A stretch of 64,000 nt of DNA, taken from the IMG/VR virus record IMGVR_UViG_3300031566_000009, positions 1 through 64,000 of that record; one strand, written 5' to 3'. Below the pieces are notes generated by a model that saw nothing but the letters and a program-made list of their open reading frames with translations, did not search any database and had not been told where the DNA came from. Source of the DNA: a virus. The number at the start of each line of letters is the position of its first letter. Position 1 is the stretch's first letter. Of this stretch, positions 10,330 to 20,181 are shown piece after piece. Made by a program: the position numbers and the translations under genes.

Positions 10330-12583
10330 CCAAGTCCCCCCACCTATCTCCTATTGCTGTCTTGACTAAAAATGGAATTCTTTCCCCACAAACCTCCTTC
10401 GCTGTCTCTTCCATAATCTCTACGATTTCATCGGCTACCCCCTGTGCCACGCTCTCTGGAACTTGACATAAGATTGAGTCGTGGACGGTTAGAAGCACCT
10501 GCCAGCCTTTCTTAGCGATCTTTATCAAGGAAAGCAGGGTAATGTCGCTGGCGATTGATTGTGGAAGGAAATTGATTCCCTGGCGAAAGATGTCTTCCCT
10601 GAACCTCTTGGGAATATATGGGAATCTCCTTCTTCTACCCAGGGATGTTTCTAAGTAGCGTTCTCTGAGTATCTTTTCTTGAATCTCTCCACGCCACTGA
10701 ACGAAACGAGGAATCCTAGTAAAATAGTCTCGAACGATCCGTTCAGCTTGATGATAGTCGACACCAGGAACATTGACGTTAGTCACCATCCGTTTTATTC
10801 CCATACCATAAGCCAAACCAAAGTTACAGGACTTGGCCACTCCTCGCTCCACAGGATTGAAGTCTGGGCCGAAGAGGGTTCTGGCCATCTCATCGTGGAG
10901 ATCGCCTGCTTTTTCATAGGTATTTATTAGGAAGGGATCTCCAGACAAGATGGCCATTACTCGGAACTCCGCTTGAGACAGGTCGGCATAGATCAACTTC
11001 ATTCCTTCGTCGGCGATGAAGAAGTTACGAATGAGCGGAGTATCCGCTGGTTGATTTTGTAGATTCGGATCTTGAGAACTCAATCGTCCAGTGACCGTAC
11101 CATGCAGAAGGAATTGAGTGTGTATCCTATTATCTTGCACACTCTTTGCCAGAGATACGACATACGTAGAATGCAATTTCATCAACTTACGATACTTTAG
11201 CAACTCATCGACGAAAGGATGGCCTTTGAGCCTGTCTAAGACTTCTTTGTCGGTCGAGCGTTTCTTGATCTGTGGCAATCTAAATTCATCGAACAAAATC
11301 TTGGCTAATTGCTGTGTGCTATTTGGATTGAAGTCGTGTTTGACGAGCTTACGAAGATCGATTCGCAATCGCCCAAGCTCCTCTTTTAGTTGCTCATCGA
11401 CTCGATGTACCTCTGCTAAATCGATCCTCGTACCGAAAAGTTCTACATCTGCCAAGACGTTGGCCAGAGGAACCAAGATTCTGTCAAGAACAGCCCGCTG
11501 CTTGGGATACCTCTCAAGGGCTTTCTGAAAATACTCTGTCAACTTGTAGGTATAGAATCCATCCCACATTGTATATTTATAGAGCACATCTTGAGGAAGG
11601 TCGGCGTAACTCTTGCTCTTGGTGAGTTTTACATCCCAATCGAGAGCGTTTAGATAAACTCTGGCAAGATGCTTCAATCCGTGGTTGCCCTTCCTCTTGG
11701 CATTTCGTTCGTCGAGGACGTAATGAGCGAGCATCGTATCGAAATCGAACTCAAAATCAACGCCGAGACATCTCTTCAATACCTTTCGGTCGAACTTGAA
11801 GTTATGTCCTATCCAAATAGTGTCATACTCAGCTAGAGCGGACATAAAGGAAACGTCGTTGGCTAGTTCTTTGGAGAGTACCAAGACTTTATCTTTCGTG
11901 GCTACGACGCCACAGAGTATCTTGCAATTCAATGGATTGAGACTTGAGGTTTCGATGTCAAAGACTGCCATCGGCGAATTCGCCAAAGCATCGAACACCT
12001 GTTTAGGATCATCGACAATCGACCAATCGACTTTTGGATCGCTCAGATCGTATTCACTGCGATAGGATGGGACAAACCAAAACTTGGATTTCTTCAAATC
12101 GAATAAAACATCTCGATAATAATCTAAGTAGCGAAGAACCGCTGCAGGATGTATCGTGGGAAGCACCTCAGTCTGCAATTCCTCAGAAAAACACACTCTA
12201 CCTCTGCGTAAAGTTATTCCCGCCCCCTTTCCCAAAAGAAGGTCGGTAGCGATTGCTCCAAGGGTGATGACCAGTTCAGGCTCGTGCTCTTTGATTTCTT
12301 GGATTAGTCGATTCCGACAACAGTAGGCAGCAGGCACTTTATACTTCATATCAGTAGGAAGACAAAGAGTTGTATTGGTGAGAAAGATGTCATCAAGACC
12401 CACGAGTTTTATCGCCCCGTGCAATAGTTGTCCGCTTGGGCCGACGAAGACCTCTCCCTGGCGATCCTCATCACGACCAGGCCCCTCGCCAACAATGACA
12501 TATCGAGGCTTTTCTAATCCGTGGCCGTAAACTAATTTCTGTCCTTGGAGTGGGCAAGAAACACAATCCATCAATTCAGACAT
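10322..12583 (-). CDS. Family A DNA polymerase with N-terminal family-4 uracil-DNA glycosylase and 3'-5' exonuclease domains
   Basis: UDG: CxxCxL, VGEGPG, FVGPSG, HPAAVL. Exo: FDIET, HNFKFD. PolA: TGRLSS..PNLQN, DLSQAEFR, R..AK..NFG..YG, VHDS. Confidence 0.95.
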   Translation of the reverse strand: MSELMDCVSCPLQGQKLVYGHGLEKPRYVIVGEGPGRDEDRQGEVFVGPSGQLLHGAIKLVGLDDIFLTNTTLCLPTDMKYKVPAAYCCRNRLIQEIKEHEPELVITLGAIATDLLLGKGAGITLRRGRVCFSEELQTEVLPTIHPAAVLRYLDYYRDVLFDLKKSKFWFVPSYRSEYDLSDPKVDWSIVDDPKQVFDALANSPMAVFDIETSSLNPLNCKILCGVVATKDKVLVLSKELANDVSFMSALAEYDTIWIGHNFKFDRKVLKRCLGVDFEFDFDTMLAHYVLDERNAKRKGNHGLKHLARVYLNALDWDVKLTKSKSYADLPQDVLYKYTMWDGFYTYKLTEYFQKALERYPKQRAVLDRILVPLANVLADVELFGTRIDLAEVHRVDEQLKEELGRLRIDLRKLVKHDFNPNSTQQLAKILFDEFRLPQIKKRSTDKEVLDRLKGHPFVDELLKYRKLMKLHSTYVVSLAKSVQDNRIHTQFLLHGTVTGRLSSQDPNLQNQPADTPLIRNFFIADEGMKLIYADLSQAEFRVMAILSGDPFLINTYEKAGDLHDEMARTLFGPDFNPVERGVAKSCNFGLAYGMGIKRMVTNVNVPGVDYHQAERIVRDYFTRIPRFVQWRGEIQEKILRERYLETSLGRRRRFPYIPKRFREDIFRQGINFLPQSIASDITLLSLIKIAKKGWQVLLTVHDSILCQVPESVAQGVADEIVEIMEETAKEVCGERIPFLVKTAIGDRWGDLDV

Positions 12584-13367
12584 AATCTTTTCTCGCATCG
12601 CTCTTAATCCGATAGATGCCTTTTTCCAAGCGTTCTTTGGCGAAAGCATAGTATTCAGGCACTATCTCAAATCCCAAGTAGCGTCTGCCCATCCTTTTAC
12701 TTATTACAGCCACTTGGCCTGATCCAAGGAAAGGATCCATAACTAGATCATCTAATTCACTCGTGTATGCGAGTATCTTCTCAATGATCTCAGTTGGGAG
12801 CTTATTAGGAGTCTTTTTATCACCGCGCCAATACTCACGTTTAATTATCCAGACATCCTCTAGATCACGATATCGTGCGCTACCTCCAGTCTCAGTCTTA
12901 TCATTTTTATTGAATCTTGCACTATTGAAAAATTTGCGCTTCTTGTCATTTTTACAGAGGAAAAGACAATGATAATGAGACGAAATAAATTTTCTCTTAC
13001 AAACAACGCCAAATTGATATTTCCATATAATATGATTAATAATAGTGAAACCTACATCATCTACAGCAACTAAAATATCTTTGAGATTAGTCCATCCCGA
13101 AAAAATGAATACACTTCCCGAATCTTTCAAGAGTCGATATACCTCTGTCAACCATCTTCGAGAGAAATCCAAATATTGACAAGCCTTAATTTCTTCATAT
13201 CCTTCCATTACGTGAGACTGCGTGCGATTATAAGCCGAATGATGCGGTACTAAATTAATGCCAAACGGGGGATCTGTAATAACGAGATCGATACTCTCTG
13301 CTGGAAAGAGTTTCATACCTTCCACACAATCATCATTAAAGATTCTACAACTAGGCATAATCCTCAT
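12576..13367 (-). CDS. N6A/N4C DNA methyltransferase (beta class)
   Basis: ITDPPF followed by DPFLGSG. Confidence 0.92.
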   Translation of the reverse strand: MRIMPSCRIFNDDCVEGMKLFPAESIDLVITDPPFGINLVPHHSAYNRTQSHVMEGYEEIKACQYLDFSRRWLTEVYRLLKDSGSVFIFSGWTNLKDILVAVDDVGFTIINHIIWKYQFGVVCKRKFISSHYHCLFLCKNDKKRKFFNSARFNKNDKTETGGSARYRDLEDVWIIKREYWRGDKKTPNKLPTEIIEKILAYTSELDDLVMDPFLGSGQVAVISKRMGRRYLGFEIVPEYYAFAKERLEKGIYRIKSDARKDYV

Positions 13368-13625
13368 TCAGTCATTATCCTTCGCCAGTTCCTTTGCAAT
13401 TTTTCCTAATGCTTTATAGACAGCAATGCGAACTCCATAATCTGCATCCCATTTATCAGGATAGCAGACTTTGGAAAAGCCGAAGAACCCAAGTTTCCGC
13501 AAACTATAATAAAATATTCTAGCCGCAGTATTGGGCTGATCTTGCCAGATCTCAACTTGAAAGTTTGGAGACTGACTCTCGTACAATCCAATCAATTCTC
13601 GAAGAATCTCTGTTCGTTTACTCAT
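13368..13625 (-). CDS. Hypothetical protein
   Basis: RBS AAGGGAA; C.P.D.W....G..IA pattern; operon packing. Confidence 0.65.
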   Translation of the reverse strand: MSKRTEILRELIGLYESQSPNFQVEIWQDQPNTAARIFYYSLRKLGFFGFSKVCYPDKWDADYGVRIAVYKALGKIAKELAKDND

Positions 13626-13638
13626 CGTTCCCTTTCCC

Positions 13639-13959
13639 CTATCGGCAATCAGTAAAATGCTTGAGAATTTTTCTGGCTCGGACTACCGCTAAACACCCTG
13701 TCTGTGAAGGGTACTCATAAGTCTCTACTTCGATCATCAATTCTTTCAAAGTCTTTAGTATTTCCTCCATCTCTAATTCAATCTCTTTTGCATAGACAAG
13801 AGCATCGACTAATTCTTCCTGTAAATCAATGATGGCTGATTTCTTGTCCACCCAAGTTGTCAACTCATGCCCATATGTATCAATTCCCTTCTTTCTACGA
13901 CACTCTAGTAAGGAAAGAATCTCGCACTTCAGTCGATCAACTATCGAGATCTTATTCAA
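13639..13959 (-). CDS. Hypothetical protein, possible all-alpha (MazG-like) NTP pyrophosphatase
   Basis: KGIDTYG...DLQEELVDALVY (EExxD acidic motif). Confidence 0.45.
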   Translation of the reverse strand: MNKISIVDRLKCEILSLLECRRKKGIDTYGHELTTWVDKKSAIIDLQEELVDALVYAKEIELEMEEILKTLKELMIEVETYEYPSQTGCLAVVRARKILKHFTDCR

Positions 13960-14515
13960 TATGGCTCTTTTTAATTTCTCTGAGTATCCTGCTTCGCCAA
14001 GAAAGGAATCCTCCGCACTCCTTAGTCACTGTAGTTGCCCCTGGCGACGCGGCGATCCTCACGTCTACGCTCCAAGGCCACAACCTGAGAGGTCGATCAG
14101 TCACGATGCAGCCGAAGTTATTGCTACAAGCCCCGCCTAGCCATTGCCAAAACGACACATCGTTGTCCGACGGCTTCCTTGTCCAGGTTTGGTCGTCGTG
14201 ACCTGGGTGCGTGTGAAAGTGGATAGGCCAATTCCCATAGAAGTTGGCCGTGGCCCTGGACAATTCGGTGGCCTTCTCTATATCCCAAGGAGACCACGTT
14301 GTTTCTGGATTCTTGGCATGATTGGGCGCAATGATGATATGCTCAATGACATAGATTGGTGTCAAACCAAGCTTCTTGAGTTTGCTCCAGCTCATGCCAT
14401 GATCTTCAACATAGCCACGCAAGAACCACCCTCCAATTTCCTCTTTGCTGTCAGTGACCAATCGGCGAAAGCGTTCCTCAAGACTGTTCGATTCGAAAAG
14501 CAAATGTAATTTCAT
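13952..14515 (-). CDS. JAB/MPN (JAMM) metalloprotease-like protein
   Basis: EEIGG near the N-terminus and HFHTHP...PSDND (E, HxH, SxxD). Confidence 0.7.
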   Translation of the reverse strand: MKLHLLFESNSLEERFRRLVTDSKEEIGGWFLRGYVEDHGMSWSKLKKLGLTPIYVIEHIIIAPNHAKNPETTWSPWDIEKATELSRATANFYGNWPIHFHTHPGHDDQTWTRKPSDNDVSFWQWLGGACSNNFGCIVTDRPLRLWPWSVDVRIAASPGATTVTKECGGFLSWRSRILREIKKSHIE

Positions 14516-17028
14516 CAGGCATAATCCTCCTTGACATCACCGATTTCCTCGTGCAACGAAAGACAGTCGGGTATTTCCAAACCACACTTGTGCGCTCGTC
14601 CAAGGTGAACTCCTGTGCAGCGATGGACTTCACCAGAGATGTTGATAGGTTTAGTCTCAGTCACATAACGGTTTTGACGCTCCTCTAACTGAATCCTAAT
14701 CGATTTGTATTCCATCGAGTCACGCCCCTGCCTTATCCGCTCCGCCCGCCACCATCCCCAAGCGGCGTACATCTGAATCCAAAGTATATTCTCCGCAGCG
14801 TCATATTTCCATTGAAATCTTTGCGGCCCTCGTAGAGAGATGTAGTTCACTACATCTTCGACGAAACTATCCACAGCTATCCTTGTGCTTCCCGTTACAG
14901 TCTTCAACATAATGTTGTCTAGAGTAGTCATAAAATCTACACGATCCCAGTTTAGCATCTTTGCTTCGTACCTCCTAGCGAATTCGTTATACAATTTGAT
15001 TCCAACTACAGCAACGGAAAGATTCCTTCGCAGCCTATCAGGTAGAACATCTGGGAATGCTGTAAATAACTCAGACATAGCAGCATCAAACATTTCAGAA
15101 ATCTCCTTTTGTCCATACTCTAAGGTAAATTGAATATATCTACCAGCGAATAGTCTCAAAGGACATTTGATCAACGTCTTCATAGATTCGTAGCAAGCAC
15201 TTCCCTCCTTGATGGTATCTGGATGCAAGTTCACGATCAAAGCTCGCTCCTTGATAGCCCCTGTGTTATCCTCCAGAGCGTCCTCGCCATCGACACACAC
15301 AGGGGCAAGTAGGGGATAAACTACCGTGGTCTGATCTTGCCTGCCCCGCATATCGTGTTGCCAGTCGTAGGCGGTGCGCATTATATCGAGGAAATCAGCG
15401 TGACGTTGAGAACGAGCTACAGCTCTATAATCTCCGAAAGAGATTGGGATCGCATTGGTCGAGCCAAAGAGGGCGAGCAGACTGAATCTGGTGGTGTGGT
15501 AAGAATATGCCGTTGGGGGATCGTAGCCAAATAAAGGCAAGAAAATATCCTCTACAGTGGTGGTTTTACCGCTCCCTGTAGTTCCTACGATATTCAAATG
15601 AGGAAAGTGAATCTTCGCCTCCCTGAAAATTGTCGATAGCGGAGCTGCAAAGAACCAACCGATTATCGTAGTCATCACATCAGAGTGGTTGATCTTTGGC
15701 AAGTAAGTACAGATATCCTGAACTAACTTTTTATATTGCACAGGATCGGGGAATTGATAACTCAACTTTGGTGGATTACGCCCTGTATGGATATGTACGT
15801 AGGGAGCATCGTGGTCATCGTATACTTTGTGGGCATCGAAAGTCATCCCCTGTGCTATCCAGTAGTTCTTCTGCCTTCCCAAAACTTGCGTTCCGTAAGC
15901 TACTGGTGCATCATCTTCTCGAAGTCGTTCTGTGAGAGCTGGAAGGAGACTACGTATCTCAAAATCTGTCCCCAACCATTGCCATGCAGCGTCCTTTATA
16001 GACTTCAAGAAGTTCATCGTTGAATTGAACGACGAACGTGGGAAAGCTTGATTGGGTACTTCTTTATCGAGTGATCGCACCGTTCCAAAGATTATATCCT
16101 CGTTATTTTCTACAGACCTCAGGAGTTTCTTAGGGTCTATTACGAACGTACTGACTCTTTTACGTTTAGTTTCGGTTATGTACCAGTAACAACTATTTTT
16201 ATCTTCCTGAAAATTAGTTGATAGCGCTCTATTTGCACGATCTTTTGCCCTGGGGAGGTCGTAGTTGTGTAAAAGTCGAAGGCCACCATCCTCTTGGATT
16301 CGCTCACCGAACGGTAAGGAGAGACACAGTTGCTCTATTCCAGCATCAGAGACTTTACACTTTACCAACTCCATTATTACGACTAGATCGCGCTCGCTGC
16401 GAGAACGATAATCCCAGAGCTTTTTATTAGTGATCTCTCCAGACCACATGATATTCTTGATCTGCTGTGAAACTTTACAGAATCTTAACAAGTCATTGGG
16501 ATCGTAAGCGAGATTATCATTGAACTCCATCACCTTCACTGGCACAGGATGATCGGGTTCCTTGAAGTTAGTGCTCCCTGGGATACGCAAACGCCATCCA
16601 GCATGGTGGGTTGGGTCTGAGCCTATGGTGTTGCAAAAAGAACGCATTATCTCCTGTGCTTTTTCAGGTGTTACTGGACTTTGCAACTTCCAATAGGAAT
16701 GGAATCCATGACCACTGAAGACAAGACAAGTAGGAGATGCAGGGATGGCTTGGATAGACGCTTTAGCTTTCTCTGAAGAACCAAAGTCCTTAGAGTCGAT
16801 GTCTGCCCAAACACAGGTCACTCTGCTGACTGTCTCTTTTAGGCCCCTGATTCGAGGAGCGACGCCGAAGAAGCAGTCGTGATCCTTGAACTTATCTCGA
16901 TAAGCGAGAGCATCTGAGACACCATCGACCAACTCGCCAGGCAGAAGACCAACCCCTGCGTGAGGCCGATGAGTGACTAAGATTTGTTCACTGGGATTTA
17001 TGTCGGAGAAGATGTTTTCTAGGAGCAA
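14515..17028 (-). CDS. Primase-helicase: RepB-like (AEP) primase domain fused to a P-loop ATPase
   Basis: WADID, SGHGFHSYW and LRIPGSTNFK primase motifs; GTTGSGKTT Walker A in the C-terminal half. Confidence 0.85.
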   Translation of the reverse strand: MLLENIFSDINPSEQILVTHRPHAGVGLLPGELVDGVSDALAYRDKFKDHDCFFGVAPRIRGLKETVSRVTCVWADIDSKDFGSSEKAKASIQAIPASPTCLVFSGHGFHSYWKLQSPVTPEKAQEIMRSFCNTIGSDPTHHAGWRLRIPGSTNFKEPDHPVPVKVMEFNDNLAYDPNDLLRFCKVSQQIKNIMWSGEITNKKLWDYRSRSERDLVVIMELVKCKVSDAGIEQLCLSLPFGERIQEDGGLRLLHNYDLPRAKDRANRALSTNFQEDKNSCYWYITETKRKRVSTFVIDPKKLLRSVENNEDIIFGTVRSLDKEVPNQAFPRSSFNSTMNFLKSIKDAAWQWLGTDFEIRSLLPALTERLREDDAPVAYGTQVLGRQKNYWIAQGMTFDAHKVYDDHDAPYVHIHTGRNPPKLSYQFPDPVQYKKLVQDICTYLPKINHSDVMTTIIGWFFAAPLSTIFREAKIHFPHLNIVGTTGSGKTTTVEDIFLPLFGYDPPTAYSYHTTRFSLLALFGSTNAIPISFGDYRAVARSQRHADFLDIMRTAYDWQHDMRGRQDQTTVVYPLLAPVCVDGEDALEDNTGAIKERALIVNLHPDTIKEGSACYESMKTLIKCPLRLFAGRYIQFTLEYGQKEISEMFDAAMSELFTAFPDVLPDRLRRNLSVAVVGIKLYNEFARRYEAKMLNWDRVDFMTTLDNIMLKTVTGSTRIAVDSFVEDVVNYISLRGPQRFQWKYDAAENILWIQMYAAWGWWRAERIRQGRDSMEYKSIRIQLEERQNRYVTETKPINISGEVHRCTGVHLGRAHKCGLEIPDCLSLHEEIGDVKEDYA

Positions 17029-17290
17029 GTTTTATCTCATTAGAAGGAATGGTTTTATCTTTCTCTAAAGGCGCGGTGCGGGATTCGAACCTGCTATGTG
17101 CGTGCCTGACCCGTACACTGTGAGTATGTAGGCCGCTCGTCACGCGGTCATCATTATACTCGGCTATGCTAGAGCTTTTTACGACTTTGCTGACCCACAG
17201 GCGTACACTTGAGGTTTTTGTTCAGCGTGTTCCCACCACGCCGCCCGCGCCATATTCATTCATCCCGTTCACCCCAAAGGATGTATTTGG

Positions 17291-17479
17291 CTATAAAATG
17301 GCACAAAAATCCTTTTCCGCATCATCTAGGGGAATTTCATATATTCTCCATCCTCCCTTTTCGCCTCCTAGTGCATCAAGCCGCTGTTGTGCTTTTTTAC
17401 TGTTAGACCATACGGATTCAACTTCTGAAGGCCAGTAGTTACCATATACGATTAGATACACAGTACGTACCTTCTTCAT
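17291..17479 (-). CDS. Small hypothetical protein
   Basis: AAGGAAAG RBS; 62 aa, codirectional with neighbours. Confidence 0.6.
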   Translation of the reverse strand: MKKVRTVYLIVYGNYWPSEVESVWSNSKKAQQRLDALGGEKGGWRIYEIPLDDAEKDFCAIL

Positions 17480-17509
17480 AGTTACTTTCCTTTTTCTTCC
17501 ATAGAGAAG

Positions 17510-17619
17510 GCAAACCCCTCGTTGCTTAGTGTATAATTTCGGCGAACCTCAACGTGGTGGTTACGCCGCATTCACCACGAGGGGCAGAGGCCAACCTGCC
17601 TCGTCAACGAGGGTTGCAC
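17510..17619 (-). ncRNA. Putative structured small RNA (~110 nt)
   Basis: Intergenic, just downstream of a consensus promoter. Closing stem CCCUCGUUG/CAACGAGGG, hairpins GGCAG/CUGCC and GUGGUG/CACCAC, possible pseudoknot CGGCG/CGCCG. Confidence 0.55.
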
Positions 17620-17624
17620 AAACT

Positions 17625-17653
17625 AGGATAGCACAGAAGCCTTTATTTGTCAA
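17625..17653 (-). promoter_or_regulatory. Sigma70-type promoter
   Basis: TTGACA-17 bp-TATCCT with extended -10 TG. Confidence 0.75.
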
Positions 17654-17660
17654 AGAAAGT

Positions 17661-18068
17661 TTATATTGGATTCTTTCGGATCAGGAAATTCAAGAACTTC
17701 ACACCATCTACTAGAGTGGAAAACACAACGTCAGCAATCTCTATAGCCATATCGAATTCTGACATTTCGCACACGAGAACGATGGGAATGCGTAGAGCCT
17801 TTGCATAACCCAACTCGATCATCAAGCCGTGATGCCTATTGTGTTTTCCATATGGAGCGATGTACCCAAAGATCACATCGCTATTGTCAATGAAAAGCAA
17901 ATCTCGCAGCGTGAAATGTGCTGGAGGCAGCAAACTGACGCCCTCTTCAGTGGCTACAAAGTTACCTTTATCGTCTTTGTAGGGTTGAAGGAATTCGATA
18001 GTAGGAAAGCATCGTATGATTTCCTGACGCCAATTGGTATGCACGTTGCCAGCTAGATATACTTTCAT
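17661..18068 (-). CDS. Nucleoside 2-deoxyribosyltransferase-like protein
   Basis: MKVYLAG, RDL..I..SD and G..IELGYA.AL..PIV motifs. Confidence 0.8.
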   Translation of the reverse strand: MKVYLAGNVHTNWRQEIIRCFPTIEFLQPYKDDKGNFVATEEGVSLLPPAHFTLRDLLFIDNSDVIFGYIAPYGKHNRHHGLMIELGYAKALRIPIVLVCEMSEFDMAIEIADVVFSTLVDGVKFLNFLIRKNPI

Positions 18069-18092
18069 TTCACTTTACTCTCCTCAATTTAA

Positions 18093-18848
18093 TCATACTG
18101 GAATATCCCCACCCTCCTCTTCTTCGACCACGCCAGTTTCTTCTTCAGTCTCTACGGTTGTCTCGACCTCGGTGGTGACTTGGAACTCGCGGAGTTCGAG
18201 GAACTTATCGCGGAAGGGACGCCAATCGTAGGTCTTCGACGCCTCTTCGTCAACATTTATCACCGTTTCATACCAAGTTCCGATGTCTCCTGTGATTGGG
18301 CCGATGGAAGATATCACCACAGGTCTTGCAAAGAGAACCGATTTAAAACGAATCTTGAACTCACTCAAGATTCTCTTTGCATGTCTGACGCTCATACCAC
18401 GCATCGACAGCATGAAGGGACTGTTCTCTTGTAAGTCCCAGCAAAGAAAGTTGTACATAATGGGGCACTGAGGTCTGGTTCGATCCTTTCCCCAATTGGC
18501 ATTTATACAATCAGAACATACCTTGGCGTATTCACCACGAAATCGTTCCATCGGAGTATGTGCATCATTGCTGGAGCATAACAGATTTGCCTTTTGATCG
18601 AACATCGCCCTGCCGTGGGTAAACCGCAAGAGAACAGCCTTAATTAGTGGTTTCGCGTTTCTAGTTACGTTGTTAATGTACCAACCAAGTTCACCTTCTG
18701 TGATCTTTGAGAGAGCTTCCCTCTTGATATAGCGAGGGATTATTAAATCTGCTCTCCCAAAGGCTTCCATACCTTCCCCTACTAGGTCGTCGGGGATTTC
18801 TGGAACTGCCGTTGGCAAAAACTCTTCCTTCTTGATCAAGTCAGTCAT
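18093..18848 (-). CDS. Putative ssDNA-binding/recombination protein
   Basis: DL.IPR N-terminal motif, CxxC...C and a highly acidic C-terminal tail; in the replication arm. Confidence 0.5.
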   Translation of the reverse strand: MTDLIKKEEFLPTAVPEIPDDLVGEGMEAFGRADLIIPRYIKREALSKITEGELGWYINNVTRNAKPLIKAVLLRFTHGRAMFDQKANLLCSSNDAHTPMERFRGEYAKVCSDCINANWGKDRTRPQCPIMYNFLCWDLQENSPFMLSMRGMSVRHAKRILSEFKIRFKSVLFARPVVISSIGPITGDIGTWYETVINVDEEASKTYDWRPFRDKFLELREFQVTTEVETTVETEEETGVVEEEEGGDIPV

Positions 18849-19281
18849 CTCTTCCTCCTAAGAGTTGTGCGAGGGCTATATTAGCCCTCAATGTATTCTG
18901 CCTTCCATGTAATGCCGCTTCTAACATCCCCAAATACGCCTCTACCTTCGCCATCCTTCTCGCTATTTCATTCACCCTCTCCTGTGCATCCACCAATCCT
19001 TTCTCCCTCGATAGAAACCTTCCTAACTCAATCTTACGAATTTCTGCGTTTCGCCCCTTCACTACCGACGTTTTTGGATCGTCCAAACCATAGGCTAGAG
19101 CACTGGCATCAAACTCAGCTTGTTGAAGAATCAATCGTGCTGACTCCAAGTTCTCACGCTTCATACTGTCTAAACGCACCTGCTCATCGATACAACGTAT
19201 TTCAGCCTCCTCGATTTCCTGTGGAGCTTTTAACAGTTGCTCGATAATGCCCTCCCGAATACCCATTTTACCTCCTCCCAC
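18841..19281 (-). CDS. Coiled-coil hypothetical protein
   Basis: Helical heptads, GRNAEIRK motif; operon packing. Confidence 0.65.
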   Translation of the reverse strand: MGGGKMGIREGIIEQLLKAPQEIEEAEIRCIDEQVRLDSMKRENLESARLILQQAEFDASALAYGLDDPKTSVVKGRNAEIRKIELGRFLSREKGLVDAQERVNEIARRMAKVEAYLGMLEAALHGRQNTLRANIALAQLLGGRDD

Positions 19282-19513
19282 CTAGTTTCCCATAGATTAT
19301 GGTGTAAGTATCTGATCCTTTTTCTGCCCTTCGCACTCGACCATCCTCTTCGTATTCATAGAAATCAGGCCCATCGTCTGGCAAGAATAACTCTGGTTCC
19401 CAAACTGTTTGATCGTGGATTACTGGTTCGCTTTTCAGCTTCGACGAAACATAGGAGATCAAAAAGACTCCCCATAAGACACAGGCGAAAATAATTATGA
19501 CGATGAATCCCAC
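19268..19513 (-). CDS. Small membrane-anchored protein
   Basis: N-terminal hydrophobic helix; overlaps neighbours. Confidence 0.6.
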   Translation of the reverse strand: MGFIVIIIFACVLWGVFLISYVSSKLKSEPVIHDQTVWEPELFLPDDGPDFYEYEEDGRVRRAEKGSDTYTIIYGKLGGRR

Positions 19514-20181
19514 AAAAAATCACGCCACTCCGATTTCAAATCAATCGACGCTATGCTTTCAAACTCTTGAAGAAGGATGAATGAGGCCAAAGTGACCATA
19601 TTCGCTTTGTAACGATCCTTGGCCTCCCTCAATGAAAGATAGAAAGACTCTGGAAGATTCATAACTGTGGCGTTATCGTGTAATTGCTTGGAATAAGACT
19701 GGAATTTTTCAGATCGAGCAACCTCTAAAACGGTATCTCTGTCAAGCGAGACAAAAATGTCTTTGGCTAATTTGGTGCGGCTTACTCCCTCTCGCTTCGC
19801 CAGATTTGAAAGAGTTTCATAGATGTCGATGTAGATACCTACACAGGGCCTGAACTTTTTATCTGCTAACTTCTCCAACACTGGATAGACTACTAATGAG
19901 AATTGTAGAACTGGTAAGTGTTGTTGGATTAGTGCAGTCAAGATTGCTTGTTTGGAACAGTCATATAGAACTGACAAATCCCTTATAGTCTCAGTTGCGT
20001 TCTTGGAGATTCGCAAGTCTCGACAATTCGACGAATACAGTCTCTTCCAAGGCTTGACCAGTTCTACATCTAAAACAAATGAGTGCTCCGTCACCAGATG
20101 AGAAGCGACGAAGTTTGGATTGAGTCCATGCGCTTCACAGGTGGCAAAGAAAGTATCTGCAATCTTGGTGGCTATGAGCAA
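19495..20181 (-). CDS. Putative multi ribbon-helix-helix DNA-binding protein
   Basis: Repeated strand-helix-helix units such as VGIYIDIYETLSNLAKREGVSRTKL. Confidence 0.5.
   Translation of the reverse strand: MLIATKIADTFFATCEAHGLNPNFVASHLVTEHSFVLDVELVKPWKRLYSSNCRDLRISKNATETIRDLSVLYDCSKQAILTALIQQHLPVLQFSLVVYPVLEKLADKKFRPCVGIYIDIYETLSNLAKREGVSRTKLAKDIFVSLDRDTVLEVARSEKFQSYSKQLHDNATVMNLPESFYLSLREAKDRYKANMVTLASFILLQEFESIASIDLKSEWRDFLWDSSS

Noticed and set aside
17510-17619. Hammerhead ribozyme (UUGACGA...GAAA)
   Set aside because: Core reads UUGA rather than CUGA and no UH cleavage site or proper stem III follows GAAA
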